Shown piece by piece: positions 49,496 through 59,154 of a DNA stretch of 64,000 nucleotides (its first letter is position 1; the number at the start of each line of letters is the position of its first letter). The notes below the pieces were generated by a model that made no database searches, had not been told where the DNA came from, and saw only the letters and a program-made list of their open reading frames with translations. The stretch lies in NCBI GenBank assembly GCA_963755305.1, contig CAVWJL010000011.1, forward strand, positions 14,034 to 78,033, given 5' to 3'. Made by a program: the position numbers and the translations under genes. Source of the DNA: an uncultured Alphaproteobacteria bacterium. Lineage in GTDB: Bacteria; Pseudomonadota; Alphaproteobacteria; Rhizobiales; Xanthobacteraceae.

Positions 49496-51082
49496 TCACC
49501 TTGGTTGGCATGCCGCCGAACAATGGGAAACGCTCGCAAGGCAACTTTGTAGGATTTCCGCGTATTGGGCTTCCTGGTTCTGACCGGTCTCAGTGTGGCC
49601 TTTTGCATTACATGTGATGAATGTATGGAAGCACACTTCGCATGCGTTCTGCTTCTCGACTGACTGCGCCCATTCTCGGCATGATCCCATGCATTGATGA
49701 GAAAGCCGCAAACTAAAATCAATGCAATTTCGACGTTCCCCTTGCTCAATGGAAGCAGCGGGAAAATATCGCTCGCAAACGGAAGTAATGTACGTTCGGT
49801 GCAGAGACCGGCACGATTGACTGCACGCAGCTCGTCGAGCGCCGATTTGCATTCCTAAACTCGGATAGCCGGCGCGAAGCGCATCCTCGAGGCGCGACAG
49901 GTTGCTTTGCGCTTCCTTGTCGCCGAGGGCCGCCGCCCTCATAAACCAAGCTTTGGCCTCCGCTTCGTCTCTGTCTACACCTCGTCCGTTCAGATAGAGG
50001 AGCCCAATATTGTTCATGGCGGAACCATCGCCGCGCGCGGCTGCCTTTTCGAACAATTCCTTGGCGCGGCTGAAATTCGTCGGGCCACCGCTGCCGGCGA
50101 GATAGAGCTGGCCCAACGCGTTGAGGGCGCGCGGCAGTCCCAGCGCAGCCGCCCGTTCGTACCAGAGTCTCGCTTGTTCAAGGTCCCGGGACATGCCGCG
50201 GCCGTCTTGAAAAAGCTCAGCGAGGCTAGCCATGGCAGGAGCGCTGCCGAGTGCGGCGCCCTTTTCGTACAAATCCCTCGCGGTCGCTAGGTTGGGCGAC
50301 ACGCCGCGGCCGCGCTCGAACAGCCCACCAAGGTAGGCCATGGCGTCGGGATCGCCGAGTGCGACGGCTCTTTCGTACCATTTGCGCGCCAGTGCCACAT
50401 TCTCTGGCACACCCTTGCCGGCCTCGCTCAATCGTCCGAGATGAGTCATAGCAGCCGGCAGGTTGAGGTCGGCTGCTTTGGCATACCAGTCGCGAGCGAG
50501 CGCCAAATTCTGTGGCACGCCTCGGCCTTCCTCATAGAACATGCCGAGTTGGTTCATGGCGAAGGCGTCGCCAAGCGCGGCGGCCTTCGCGTACCAGGCT
50601 TTGGCAGTCGCCAGATTGACGTCGCCGCCGACGCCGTACTCGCTCCACCGACCGAGCTCATTCATGGCCCGCGGATCGCCGCCCTCCGCCGCCTTTTCGT
50701 ACCACGTCAGCGCCGTCGCAAGATTTCTCGGGACACCGCGGCCGTATTCAAACAACAGGCCAAGCTCGGTCATCGCGCCTGTATGCCCACGATCAGCGGC
50801 ATCGAGAAAAAGTTGGATGGCCTCCCGGTGCCTTTGGGCGACAGACAGCGCCCGACCCAACAGAAACATCAAACCTGGATCGTTTGGTTTGGCTTTGAGC
50901 GCCGCCCGGCATGCGTCGATGGCCGGGGCATCAGCACCGCCGATCTGGGTCAGCGCGGTAGATAGTTCAGACGCAATATTTTTCGTTTGCCGTTCACACT
51001 CCTCCGGCGATCGCGCCAGGCTGGTATCGAGCAGCAGTACCGACCACAGAACGACCAGCGCAATTTTTTTTAGGAGGTTCAT
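49496..51082 (-). CDS. Secreted Sel1-like repeat (SLR) protein with a Cys-rich C-terminal domain
   Basis: The signal peptide is MNLLKKIALVVLWSVLLLDTSLA. About 9 Sel1 units follow (AxxWYxKAAxxGxxxAMxxLGxLYExGRGVPxNxxxA). The last ~130 aa contain 11 Cys. Confidence 0.85.
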   Translation of the reverse strand: MNLLKKIALVVLWSVLLLDTSLARSPEECERQTKNIASELSTALTQIGGADAPAIDACRAALKAKPNDPGLMFLLGRALSVAQRHREAIQLFLDAADRGHTGAMTELGLLFEYGRGVPRNLATALTWYEKAAEGGDPRAMNELGRWSEYGVGGDVNLATAKAWYAKAAALGDAFAMNQLGMFYEEGRGVPQNLALARDWYAKAADLNLPAAMTHLGRLSEAGKGVPENVALARKWYERAVALGDPDAMAYLGGLFERGRGVSPNLATARDLYEKGAALGSAPAMASLAELFQDGRGMSRDLEQARLWYERAAALGLPRALNALGQLYLAGSGGPTNFSRAKELFEKAAARGDGSAMNNIGLLYLNGRGVDRDEAEAKAWFMRAAALGDKEAQSNLSRLEDALRAGYPSLGMQIGARRAACSQSCRSLHRTYITSVCERYFPAASIEQGERRNCIDFSLRLSHQCMGSCREWAQSVEKQNACEVCFHTFITCNAKGHTETGQNQEAQYAEILQSCLASVSHCSAACQPR

Positions 51083-51294
51083 CTGGTGCTTCTACGGAAA
51101 GTCTGCTCGCTTTGCGGGCGGGATGGCATCAAGCTTATCCAATCTTCCACCGCCAGGGGTATCATCGAACTACGGCTCGATCAGCCGTCTTGGGCGCCTT
51201 TGCCCTATCTATACACGGTTGCGGGCCGTCGAAACTGCCCTCAATATTTACCTTTGTGCCCGACGATTTTGGCATCCTATGGTCGGTGACCGCG

Positions 51295-51561
51295 ATGTCA
51301 GGTGCTCGTCAGGACTTTCGAAAAAGCAGACGTAGACCATCGCGCCAAGCAACATGGATCAACCTTGGCGATCATTGCCCGCGGGTGCGCTGCATCTTTT
51401 GGGATATTTCCGACGGCGGGGCCCGCCTCACTGCCGCGCGCAATGTCGAAGATCTGCCCGATCACTTTTCTCTGGTCTTGAATGCTGCTGTGGAACGCAG
51501 CTGCCGCGTGGTTTGGCGGAATGGACGCTTCGTTGGCATTGCGTTCATCTATACTGCGTGA
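51295..51561 (+). CDS. PilZ-domain protein
   Basis: MSGARQDFRKSRRRPSRQATWINLGDHCPRVRCIFWDISDGGARLTAARNVEDLPDHFSLVLNAAVERSCRVVWRNGRFVGIAF carries the RxxxR and D-x-S-x-x-G PilZ motifs. Confidence 0.75.
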   Translation: MSGARQDFRKSRRRPSRQATWINLGDHCPRVRCIFWDISDGGARLTAARNVEDLPDHFSLVLNAAVERSCRVVWRNGRFVGIAFIYTA

Positions 51562-51687
51562 CGCCTGGACTGGGTCGTGTGCCAAATCAAGCTTATTGAC
51601 TGCGCTCGCTCCGAGTCCGCTACCCCGATTGCGACGAATGGCTGGGGCCCGCGTTGGTCATATCGACCGTGGATTCACGGAATGCGC

Positions 51688-51939
51688 AACAATGAAAGCT
51701 CCGGCCACATTGCGAACGACCGGAGCTTCCAGAAGGTTGAGCCGAAGTTGGTGGACGGCTCCCCCACCGCATATCGGGAATGTCTTTCAATAAAGTTGCG
51801 CGACGCAACGAATAGCCGCTATTACCCGAAGTCGCGGGTGATGCAGCAAGGGCGCTGGGGTCGCGTGCTCCCGCGTCCGGTTCATCTTGCGCGCTGTTCG
51901 CTCGGTCTTCAACCACAGAAGCCCTCCATCGCCGCATTT
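51688..51939 (-). ncRNA. Candidate structured small RNA, paralogue 2 of 3
   Basis: The terminator hairpin at 51698-51707 / 51717-51726 pairs fully only on the minus strand (2 G-U pairs) and is followed by UUUCAUUGUU. The internal helices CCGC/GCGG and CTTC/GAAG covary with CCAC/GTGG and CCTC/GAGG of paralogue 1. Confidence 0.5.
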
Positions 51940-52079
51940 TGCAGTGTGATGGCTCTACAACTGCTCACCGTTGCACTGGCTGCCGCGATCGGCGTGATGC
52001 GATAGATCGCTTAGAGACGACGTTGTCAGAAGCGATTTGGGCTCACCGGACTGCAAGTCCTGATGCCCGAAAGCGCCCG

Positions 52080-55000
52080 TCAAATTCGGCGACGAAGGTT
52101 GCCACATTCGGCGCTTCTCATCGGTTTTGCAAATAGGAACCCCTGCATCGCATGCACTCCGGCCGCTGTGACGAATTTCTGTTGTTCGACGGTTTCGACA
52201 CCCTCGGCAACGACCTTCAGGCCCAATGCCCGGCCGATGCTTACGACTGCATGCACGATCGTCGCGTCAACCGCCAAACCGACATTCGATACGAAACTTT
52301 GATCGATCTTGATCTTATCGATCGGGAAGCGGCGCAGGGACGTCAGGCTCGAATATCCGGTGCCAAAGTCATCGAGCGCAAACGACACGCCGCAGTGATG
52401 CAATTGTTCGATGGACTGCAGCACGGCGGCTTCGGCATCGAGCAAAGCCGTCTCGGTGATCTCAAGCTCGACGCGGCTTGGGTCGATGGTTGATTCAAAC
52501 AGAATCTGCTCAATGCGGTCCGCCGAGCCCCGGCCGACGAAACTGAACCGCCGACAGGTTCACGGCGACGGTGAGCCTGGACCAGGCAAGCGCATCCGCA
52601 CAGGCGCGCCGCAACACCCATTCGCCCAATTCATCAATGAATCCGGTCCGTTCGGCGACCGGCACGAACACCGAAGGAGGTACATTGTCCGCGCCGTTCC
52701 TCAGCCAGCGAACGAGCGCTTCGACACCGAGCACCTGCTGACCGGTGCGGTCCACAAACGGCTGGTACTCGACGTCGAGTTCCTGACGCTGGATTGCGAG
52801 GTGGAGATCCTGCGTAAGGCTGTCCACCGGCACGATCAGGGCCGGCGCGGCATGGCCCGTCTCAAGCAATGGCTGACCGCCGTATTTCTCTCCGATTTCG
52901 TCGGCCAAAACCGCCAACGTGCGCTCCAGCGTGCTCGACAGCGCATCGAGCTGGTTCTGATCGGGCACCTTGCCGTCACTCCTCGCCATTTGCTCGAAGC
53001 TGGCGGCGATCTTGGCGACCTCGATGCGCGCCGATATTGAGGCTCATCGATTTGAGGGAATGGGCCAGCGAGCCACACGCCTCGGCTTCACCGGCCTGCG
53101 CTTGTTGCCTCAATTGACCGCAGGCGCTTCGGCGCATGCTCGGAATAAAGGTCAACCACGCGCTTGAGGAAGTCGCCCTTCTTGGCCTCGCTCAGCGTCC
53201 TCAATTGCCCCAAGGTGGCAGGATCGACGAGCGGCATGTCGCGCCTCCGTCGGCGCTGGATGATCCTGTCGCAACCTCGCGCTCGCGACCGGGCCGTCAT
53301 CATTGACCTCCGCAGGCCTCGCCGGCCGGCATCTGGAATTGCGGCACCTGATCCACCAGGCATTGGGCGAGCTGCGCGATCGTGAACGGCTTGTGGATGA
53401 CCGCGTCCATGCCGGCGAGCCGCCACTCCTCGGCGGCCGCGCCAATCACGTGCGCGGTCAAGGCGACAATCGGAATACGGACACGATTTTCCGCTTGCTC
53501 CGCCTGCCGAATGATGCGGGCGGCCGTATAGCCATCCATTTGCGGCATGCTGCCATCCATCAGGATGATGTCATGCGAACGCCTCGATGCGGCGCTGACC
53601 GCCTCAGCGCCGTTTTCGACGGTCTCGACTTGAGCGCCCAATCGGGACAACGCCTCGATGGCGACCTCGCGATTGACCGCGCTGTCGTCGGCCACCAGCA
53701 CCCTGAGGTTCGCGAATCTCGGCAGCGGGCCATCTCGTCGTTGCCCGGCCGCCCGGCCGTGCAGCTGCTTTTCTCCGGCGGCGACACGGCGCAACAGCTC
53801 CTCGATTTCCGAGCGCAGCAGCGGGCGGCTGATCGCGGCATCGGCCGCGCCATTCGCGATGACGACGTCGGCCGTGGCGTCCCCAAATCGTGTCACCGCC
53901 ACCACGATGGGAATTCGGCCGGACCGGTCCCCGCAGCGGGAGCTTCTCCAGGCGGTCGGCGTCCGCGCATACCATCGCAGCCGATCCGTAATCCGCGATC
54001 GACATCCGCGGCTCGGCGCGCGCACACCGCATAGCCGAAGGCGCAGAGATAATCCGACAATGCCGAAGCGGTCGCTTCCCCCGCTACGTCGACGATGCAA
54101 ACGGGTCGCTCCGGCGACTTGGTGGCGAGCGTCGGCCACGGACGGCTGATCGTCTCGCCGGTCGGAATCCGGACGCGGAACTTCGACCCGACGCCGACGG
54201 TGCTGGAGACCTCTATGTCGCCGCCCATGGCGGTGACGATACGCCGGCAGATGGCCAGCCCCAATCCGGTGCCGCCAAACTTCCGGGTCGTGGATTGGTC
54301 CGCTTGCGAAAAGACCTCGAAGATCGTCGAAAGCTTCTCCTCGGGAATTCCGATCCCGGTGTCTTCGACCGACAGATCGATCAGTTGCGAATCGACCGGA
54401 CACTTGCTGACTGGCGAGCCTGACAAATCCGCTTTCGGTGAACTTCAGCGCGTTGTTGACCAGGTTGCCGACGACTTGGCTGAGGCGAACCACATCACCC
54501 GATATCCTTCGTGGCACGTCCGGATCGATCACGGCGGCAAGGTCGATGTTTTGCGAAGCTCGCGCGCTCGGCGAACAGGCTGGTCACGTTCTCCACGACC
54601 TCGTCGAGGTCGAATCTGCCCGCTCTCCAATTCGAGCTTGCCGGCTTCGATCTTCGAGAAATCCAGGATGTCGTTGATGATCGACAACAGGCTTCGGCCG
54701 GATGTGGCGATGACCTCCGCATATCGATGCAGGCGCCGCGGGATGTCCGCGTTCGCCAGCAGATCCGCCATGACCATGATGCCATTCATCGGCGTGCGAA
54801 TTTCGTGGCTCATGGTGGCGACAAAGTCGGATTTGGCGTGATTGGCTTTCTCGGCGGCGTCTCGGGCGCAGGCCAACTCGCGCGTGCGGTCGACGACTTT
54901 CTGTTCAAGAGTCTCCCGGTATGCGGTCAGGCGCTCGTCGCGATCGCGGATGTCGCTCAGCATTGCATTGAAGCCATCGACCAAAAGGCCGATCTCCTGA

Positions 55001-55638
55001 TCGGTCGCCTCCTCGACGTGCACATCGTAGCGATGGTCCCTTCGGACCTCCTGCATGGCCCCCAGCAGACGATGCAACGGATGCGTGATCGCCCGCTGAA
55101 ATCGCCATGCGATGAGTAGACCGACCGCAAGCGCCGCAACCGAGGCGAGCAGGGTCAGCCACAGGGTCGACAGCAGCCGCGGCCAGAGGTCCGCGGTATC
55201 GCTGATCAAATTGATCCGTCCGACCTCCTTGCCGCCGTCGATCACCGGCACCGAAACGAGAACGGTTCCGCTGCGCAGCAAATCAAGGATGGACGGTGTC
55301 TCTCGGTCGTTCAGCAAAGGATCGGTAACCAGACGCGATACCCCGCCGAGCGCGGCGAGCACATGGCCGTCCGGGGTTCTCACCTGGACAAACAGAAATC
55401 CGGGCACGCGCCCAATCGCCCGAATGGCCTCCAGCGTTTCCTGTTGCTTGAGCTCGGCGACGGAACTCGCGGCTGCGGCCGCAAAGGCCTGCGCCGTCGC
55501 ATGCATGAGCTGGCGGCGCGCATCCGCATAGCGCTCGACCTCCTGCCAGGTCGCAAGCAGCGCGGAGACGGCCATGCCCGCCGTTACGGCAGTCGCCACC
55601 AATATGACGAGCTTTCGAACCAGCGACCGGCGGCGCAC
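52080..55638 (-). pseudogene. Hybrid sensor kinase (TM-HAMP-HisKA-HATPase-REC-Hpt-EAL) broken by at least eight frameshifts
   Basis: Domain segments are found in successive frames:
- HAMP/HisKA: [20 protein letters not shown].
- HATPase: [21 protein letters not shown], then [13 protein letters not shown]...[14 protein letters not shown].
- REC: RVLVADDSAVNREV...DIILMDGSMPQMDGYTAARIIR...IVALTAH...HKP.
- Hpt: CGSLAHSLKSMSLNIGA.
- EAL: EYQPFVD...EALVRW, EITETALL, DDFGTGYSSLTSLR, AEGVE...QGFLFAKP.
Frame changes lie near 54622, 54553, 54425, 54030, 53935, ~53300, 53085 and 52515. Confidence 0.8.
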
Positions 55639-55774
55639 AACGAAAATTCTCCGAAATCAACGGACATTCGACCGGTAAATAAATCACTAAAGTCCTAATC
55701 CATCATTTACGCGGCACTTTGAGGCAATTTTAGATGATTTTGCTTACGGTCACGATCGCGAGAGGCTTTATGTC

Positions 55775-56498
55775 ATGGCAATGCCAGACAACCGAACGAC
55801 GCCGTGGACCTTCGTCTTGGACGAGCCACTACGAATACTCGTCGTGGATGACGATCCTATTTTGCGTGAATTCGCGAGCGTCTATCTCGCCACGCCATCG
55901 GCCACGATTGATACGGCGTGCGACGGCGCTGAGGCGCGGATTCGTCTCGCTCAGGCGGCCTACGACGTGCTTCTGCTCGATATTGAAATGCCTCGCCTCA
56001 ACGGCTTCTCGCTGCTTGAGGAAATCCGATCGGACGAAAGGCTGAGGCATCTCCCGGTCATCATGCTGACCGGCCACGACGATATCGCGTCGATTGATCG
56101 GGCCTACCAGATTGGGCGCTAATTCGTTCGCCACGAAGCCCGTCAATTGGCGCCAGCTCAGCTATCAGGTTCGATACGTCATCCGCACGAGACGGGCGGA
56201 CGATTTGCAGGGGGGCTCGCATGTCCCATTGGAAGACTTAGCCTCAGGACCGGCGCCACCGGTGATCGAACGCGACGTCCGCGATTTTCTGCAATCGGTC
56301 CTTCATCGCGCGGATATGCTCGAGCAGAAGATGTCGGCCGACGATCGCGCACGATTTTCGGAACAGATCATGGGTGTCCGTTCATCCGCCCAACGGGCCT
56401 TTGCCGAATATTCCAGAAAGATTGGAGGTTCTACCACGGACGGCGCGCATCGCGCCAACCGGCGCGATGTCGCCGCAGAGGATCGACTCGTTTGCTGA
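55775..56498 (+). pseudogene. Response regulator (REC + C-terminal helical domain) with a 1-nt frameshift at ~56112 (GGG run)
   Basis: The REC domain (RILVVDDDPILREF...DVLLLDIEMPRLNGFSLLEEIR...PVIMLTGHDDIASIDRAYQIG) ends at a premature TAA. The expected continuation ANSFATKPVNWRQLSYQVRYVIR is in the next frame (ORF 56094-56498). Confidence 0.75.
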
Positions 56499-56516
56499 CA
56501 GAAAGTCTGTTAATGC

Positions 56517-57851
56517 TTGTGGATTTGCAATTATAGACGCGCAAGAGCTTTTGCCGGCGCTCTGAGGCGGCGGGCGCGACGCTTCGTCGGTGACGAAGCT
56601 GCCGGCACAATGATGATGTTCGCGCTGACCTTACCGGTCGTCGTGGCCGCTGGAGGGGCCGCCGTCGATTACAGTCTTGCGGCGTCGACACGCAGCAAGA
56701 TGCAAGCGGTTGCCGACTCGGCGGCGTTGGCCTCGGTTCGCGAACTTCAGCTTGCCCGCACGGATTCGAGCAGGGTCACCGTCATCGCCAACAATGTTAT
56801 CAATAGCTCGCTTCAGAACGTGACGCCGACGATCACTGTCGACTTTCAAGCCATGACGGTTCAGGTCGTCATCCAGAAGCAATACACCCCCGTCATTCGC
56901 ATCTCATCTGGAACGCAATTGCGCGTCAGCGCCAAGGCCAAGATGAGCGGTTCCATGCCGTTGTGTCTGCTCGGGCTCGATCCCAAAGCGCCGCAGACTA
57001 TCGGTCTGGAGCAATCGGCATTGCTAACGGCGCCCGGCTGCTTGGTGCAGTCGAATTCCACGAGTGCCGTCGGCCTGCAATCGAAGAACAACGCCATCAT
57101 GAAGGCCGGCATGATCTGCTCTGCCGGCGGAAAAGTGCAGACCAATAACGCCAACTATTCTCCCACTCCTACCACCGATTGCCCGGCCTTGCCGGACCCT
57201 TTGAGTGCCCGCGCCACACCGCCCATCGGCGCCTGCAGCCATAACAACAAGGTTGTCGACGGCAGCTACGAGACTCTCCAGCCCGGCGTCTATTGCGGCG
57301 GACTGAAGCTGACCAATGGCGCGGTGGTCAAACTTTCGAGCGGGATTTTCATTATCAAGGACGGGCCGCTGACCGTCGACGCCGGCGCATCCATTTCCGG
57401 CACCGAGGTGGGGATCTATCTCAAGGGCAGCGCGGCCAACCTTACGTTCGATGCGGACACCACCATCAGTCTCTCCGCCCCCAAGGACGGTCCACTCGCG
57501 GGAATACTGATTTTCGACGATCCCTCGGGCGCCAGCGCCCCCGCCAAGGCACCCAAGAGCGGTCGAGGGGCCGGTGGCCGAGGAAAGGGGAACAGCGCGC
57601 CGCGGCAGCACCAAATCCTCAGCGACAACGCCCGCAATTTGCTCGGCACCATCTACATGCCGAAAGGCGAGATCATTATCGATGCCACCAAGCCGATCGC
57701 GGACAAGTCCGCCTACACCGTGCTCGTGGTCAATCAGCTCCACCTCTTTTCTGGGCCGAACCTGATTCTAAACACCGACTACAGCGCAACCAGCGTCCCC
57801 GTGCCGATGGGAGTTGGCCCGTTCGGCGCCAAGATATTCCTCTCCAATTGA
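56517..57851 (+). CDS. TadG/TadE-like pilus-assembly protein (Flp-pilus associated)
   Basis: RRFVGDEAAGTMMMFALTLPVVVAAGGAAVDYSLAASTRSKMQAVADSAALA is the Tad N-terminal pseudopilin-like segment. A large Gly/Ser/Thr-rich beta domain follows. The start is uncertain: TTG at 56517 or the ATG cluster at 56610. Confidence 0.7.
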   Translation: MWICNYRRARAFAGALRRRARRFVGDEAAGTMMMFALTLPVVVAAGGAAVDYSLAASTRSKMQAVADSAALASVRELQLARTDSSRVTVIANNVINSSLQNVTPTITVDFQAMTVQVVIQKQYTPVIRISSGTQLRVSAKAKMSGSMPLCLLGLDPKAPQTIGLEQSALLTAPGCLVQSNSTSAVGLQSKNNAIMKAGMICSAGGKVQTNNANYSPTPTTDCPALPDPLSARATPPIGACSHNNKVVDGSYETLQPGVYCGGLKLTNGAVVKLSSGIFIIKDGPLTVDAGASISGTEVGIYLKGSAANLTFDADTTISLSAPKDGPLAGILIFDDPSGASAPAKAPKSGRGAGGRGKGNSAPRQHQILSDNARNLLGTIYMPKGEIIIDATKPIADKSAYTVLVVNQLHLFSGPNLILNTDYSATSVPVPMGVGPFGAKIFLSN

Positions 57852-57936
57852 CAAAGAGGCCCAGTCATATGTCAACCCATAAACTCGACCTTTATTGCTG
57901 TAGCCGATAAATTCGATCTTCAGTGATTTGGTCGCT

Positions 57937-58153
57937 GTGATGTTGGCCGGCGCAAACGTGGCCGTTATTGCCGCTGGTACGCTGCGTCCTTTGGGACACT
58001 TCGGACGGCAGGCTCGCGTGACGGCCGCACACCATGTCGAGGATCTGTCGGATCACTTTTCTTTGGGCTTGAAATGAGGCCGTGGAACGTAGCTGCCGCG
58101 TGGTATGGCGGGACGGACGATTCCTTGGTGTCGCGTAGATCCATGCGGCGTGA
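57937..58153 (+). pseudogene. Decayed PilZ gene, paralogue of 51295-51561
   Basis: At the nucleotide level it is alignable with 51350-51561. QARVTAAHHVEDLSDHFSLGLK-stop and ...VERSCRVVWRDGRFLGV are recovered only by switching frames twice. Confidence 0.55.
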
Positions 58154-58278
58154 TGCCCGGATGGGCGGGTGGGCTGAATCAAGCCAGCGGCTCGCTACGA
58201 GCCGCCCCCGCTAAGTAGCGACCGTATAGCTGGCTGCAAATGCGTGGCGGCCATTGCGGCGTAGACTTACAGCGTCCG

Positions 58279-58581
58279 CAATGGCGAAAGCCCCGGCCGC
58301 CTATCGACGGCCGGGGCTTCCAGACGATTGAGCCGAAGTTGGCGGACGGCTCCCATCCGGCATATCGGGAATGTCTTTCAATAAAGTTGCGCGACGCCAG
58401 CCGCGAGCTGTGGCGGCCAGCCGCTAGCGACGACCTGGCGCTAATGGCGACCAACCGCCATTGGCCTAGAGTCGGGAGCGACACTGTGAAGAAGCCGGGA
58501 CTGAATCTGCTCCCGCGTCCGACATATCTTGCGCGCTGTTCGTTCGGCCTTCAACGGCAGGGCTCTCCCGCAGCGCATTGT
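58279..58581 (-). ncRNA. Candidate structured small RNA, paralogue 3 of 3 (with a ~50-nt insertion in the variable middle)
   Basis: The terminator hairpin GCCCCGGCCG/CGGCCGGGGC (58290-58299 / 58308-58317) is perfect and is followed on the minus strand by UUUCGCCAUUG. The conserved core GGGAATGTCTTTCAATAAAGTTGCGCGACGC and the 5' block CTGCTCCCGCGTCCG...GCGCGCTGTTCG are shared with the other copies. Confidence 0.45.
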
Positions 58582-58750
58582 TGCGAACGCTGCCCGAACG
58601 GCTCATCGAATAAAAGCGCCGTGACCCCTGGCAAGACTTGCAATTTTGGGTAGGCTTCCAGCCCAAGCACCTAGAGACGTTGAGAAGATCAATCAGCCCG
58701 AAAACGACTGATCACCCTTGTCAGAGCCAGATCGCGATGTGCGCAATTTC

Positions 58751-59068
58751 ATGCTCAAATCAAAGCTCGTAGAGCGAATTACAAACCAGAATACCCATCT
58801 GTACCGGCGCGACGTTGAAAAAATCGTCGACGCGATTTTGGACCGAATCGCCTCAGCAATGGCCGGCGGCGACCGCGTAGAAGTGCGGGGTTTTGGTACA
58901 TTCTCCGTTAGGATTCACGCAGCTCGTAATGGCCGCAACCCGCGGACTGGAAAAACTGTATCAGTATCAAAGAAAGTCGTGCCCGCATTCAAAGCGGGGA
59001 AGGAAATGCGCATGCGCCTCAATCCGCCTCTCTCGGGAACATGGAAACAGCCGGATTCGCCCTCTTGA
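58751..59068 (+). CDS. ihfB: Integration host factor beta-subunit-like DNA-bending protein (paralogue)
   Basis: [91 protein letters not shown] is collinear with IhfB (RGFGSFS...R-GRNP-TG...VP-FK-GKELR-R). It is probably not the housekeeping copy, given the context. Confidence 0.75.
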   Translation: MLKSKLVERITNQNTHLYRRDVEKIVDAILDRIASAMAGGDRVEVRGFGTFSVRIHAARNGRNPRTGKTVSVSKKVVPAFKAGKEMRMRLNPPLSGTWKQPDSPS

Positions 59069-59154
59069 AGATGCGGGCGACATAGTCCGCGGCTTCCGCG
59101 GCGCGCCGGTAATCCACCAGGGCGCGTGCAGGTACAATTTGAAAAATCTCGGCG

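Noticed and set aside
46153-58653. Plus-strand ORFs spanning the three repeated elements (46153-46335, 51577-52005, 58240-58653), sharing ...FQKVEPKLVDGSPTAYRECLSIKLRDA
   Set aside because: Copy 1 has a stop (TAA versus TAT). The differences between copies 2 and 3 are almost all non-synonymous, at first and second codon positions. The hairpin geometry favours a minus-strand RNA. Minus-strand ORFs also lose their frame between copies.
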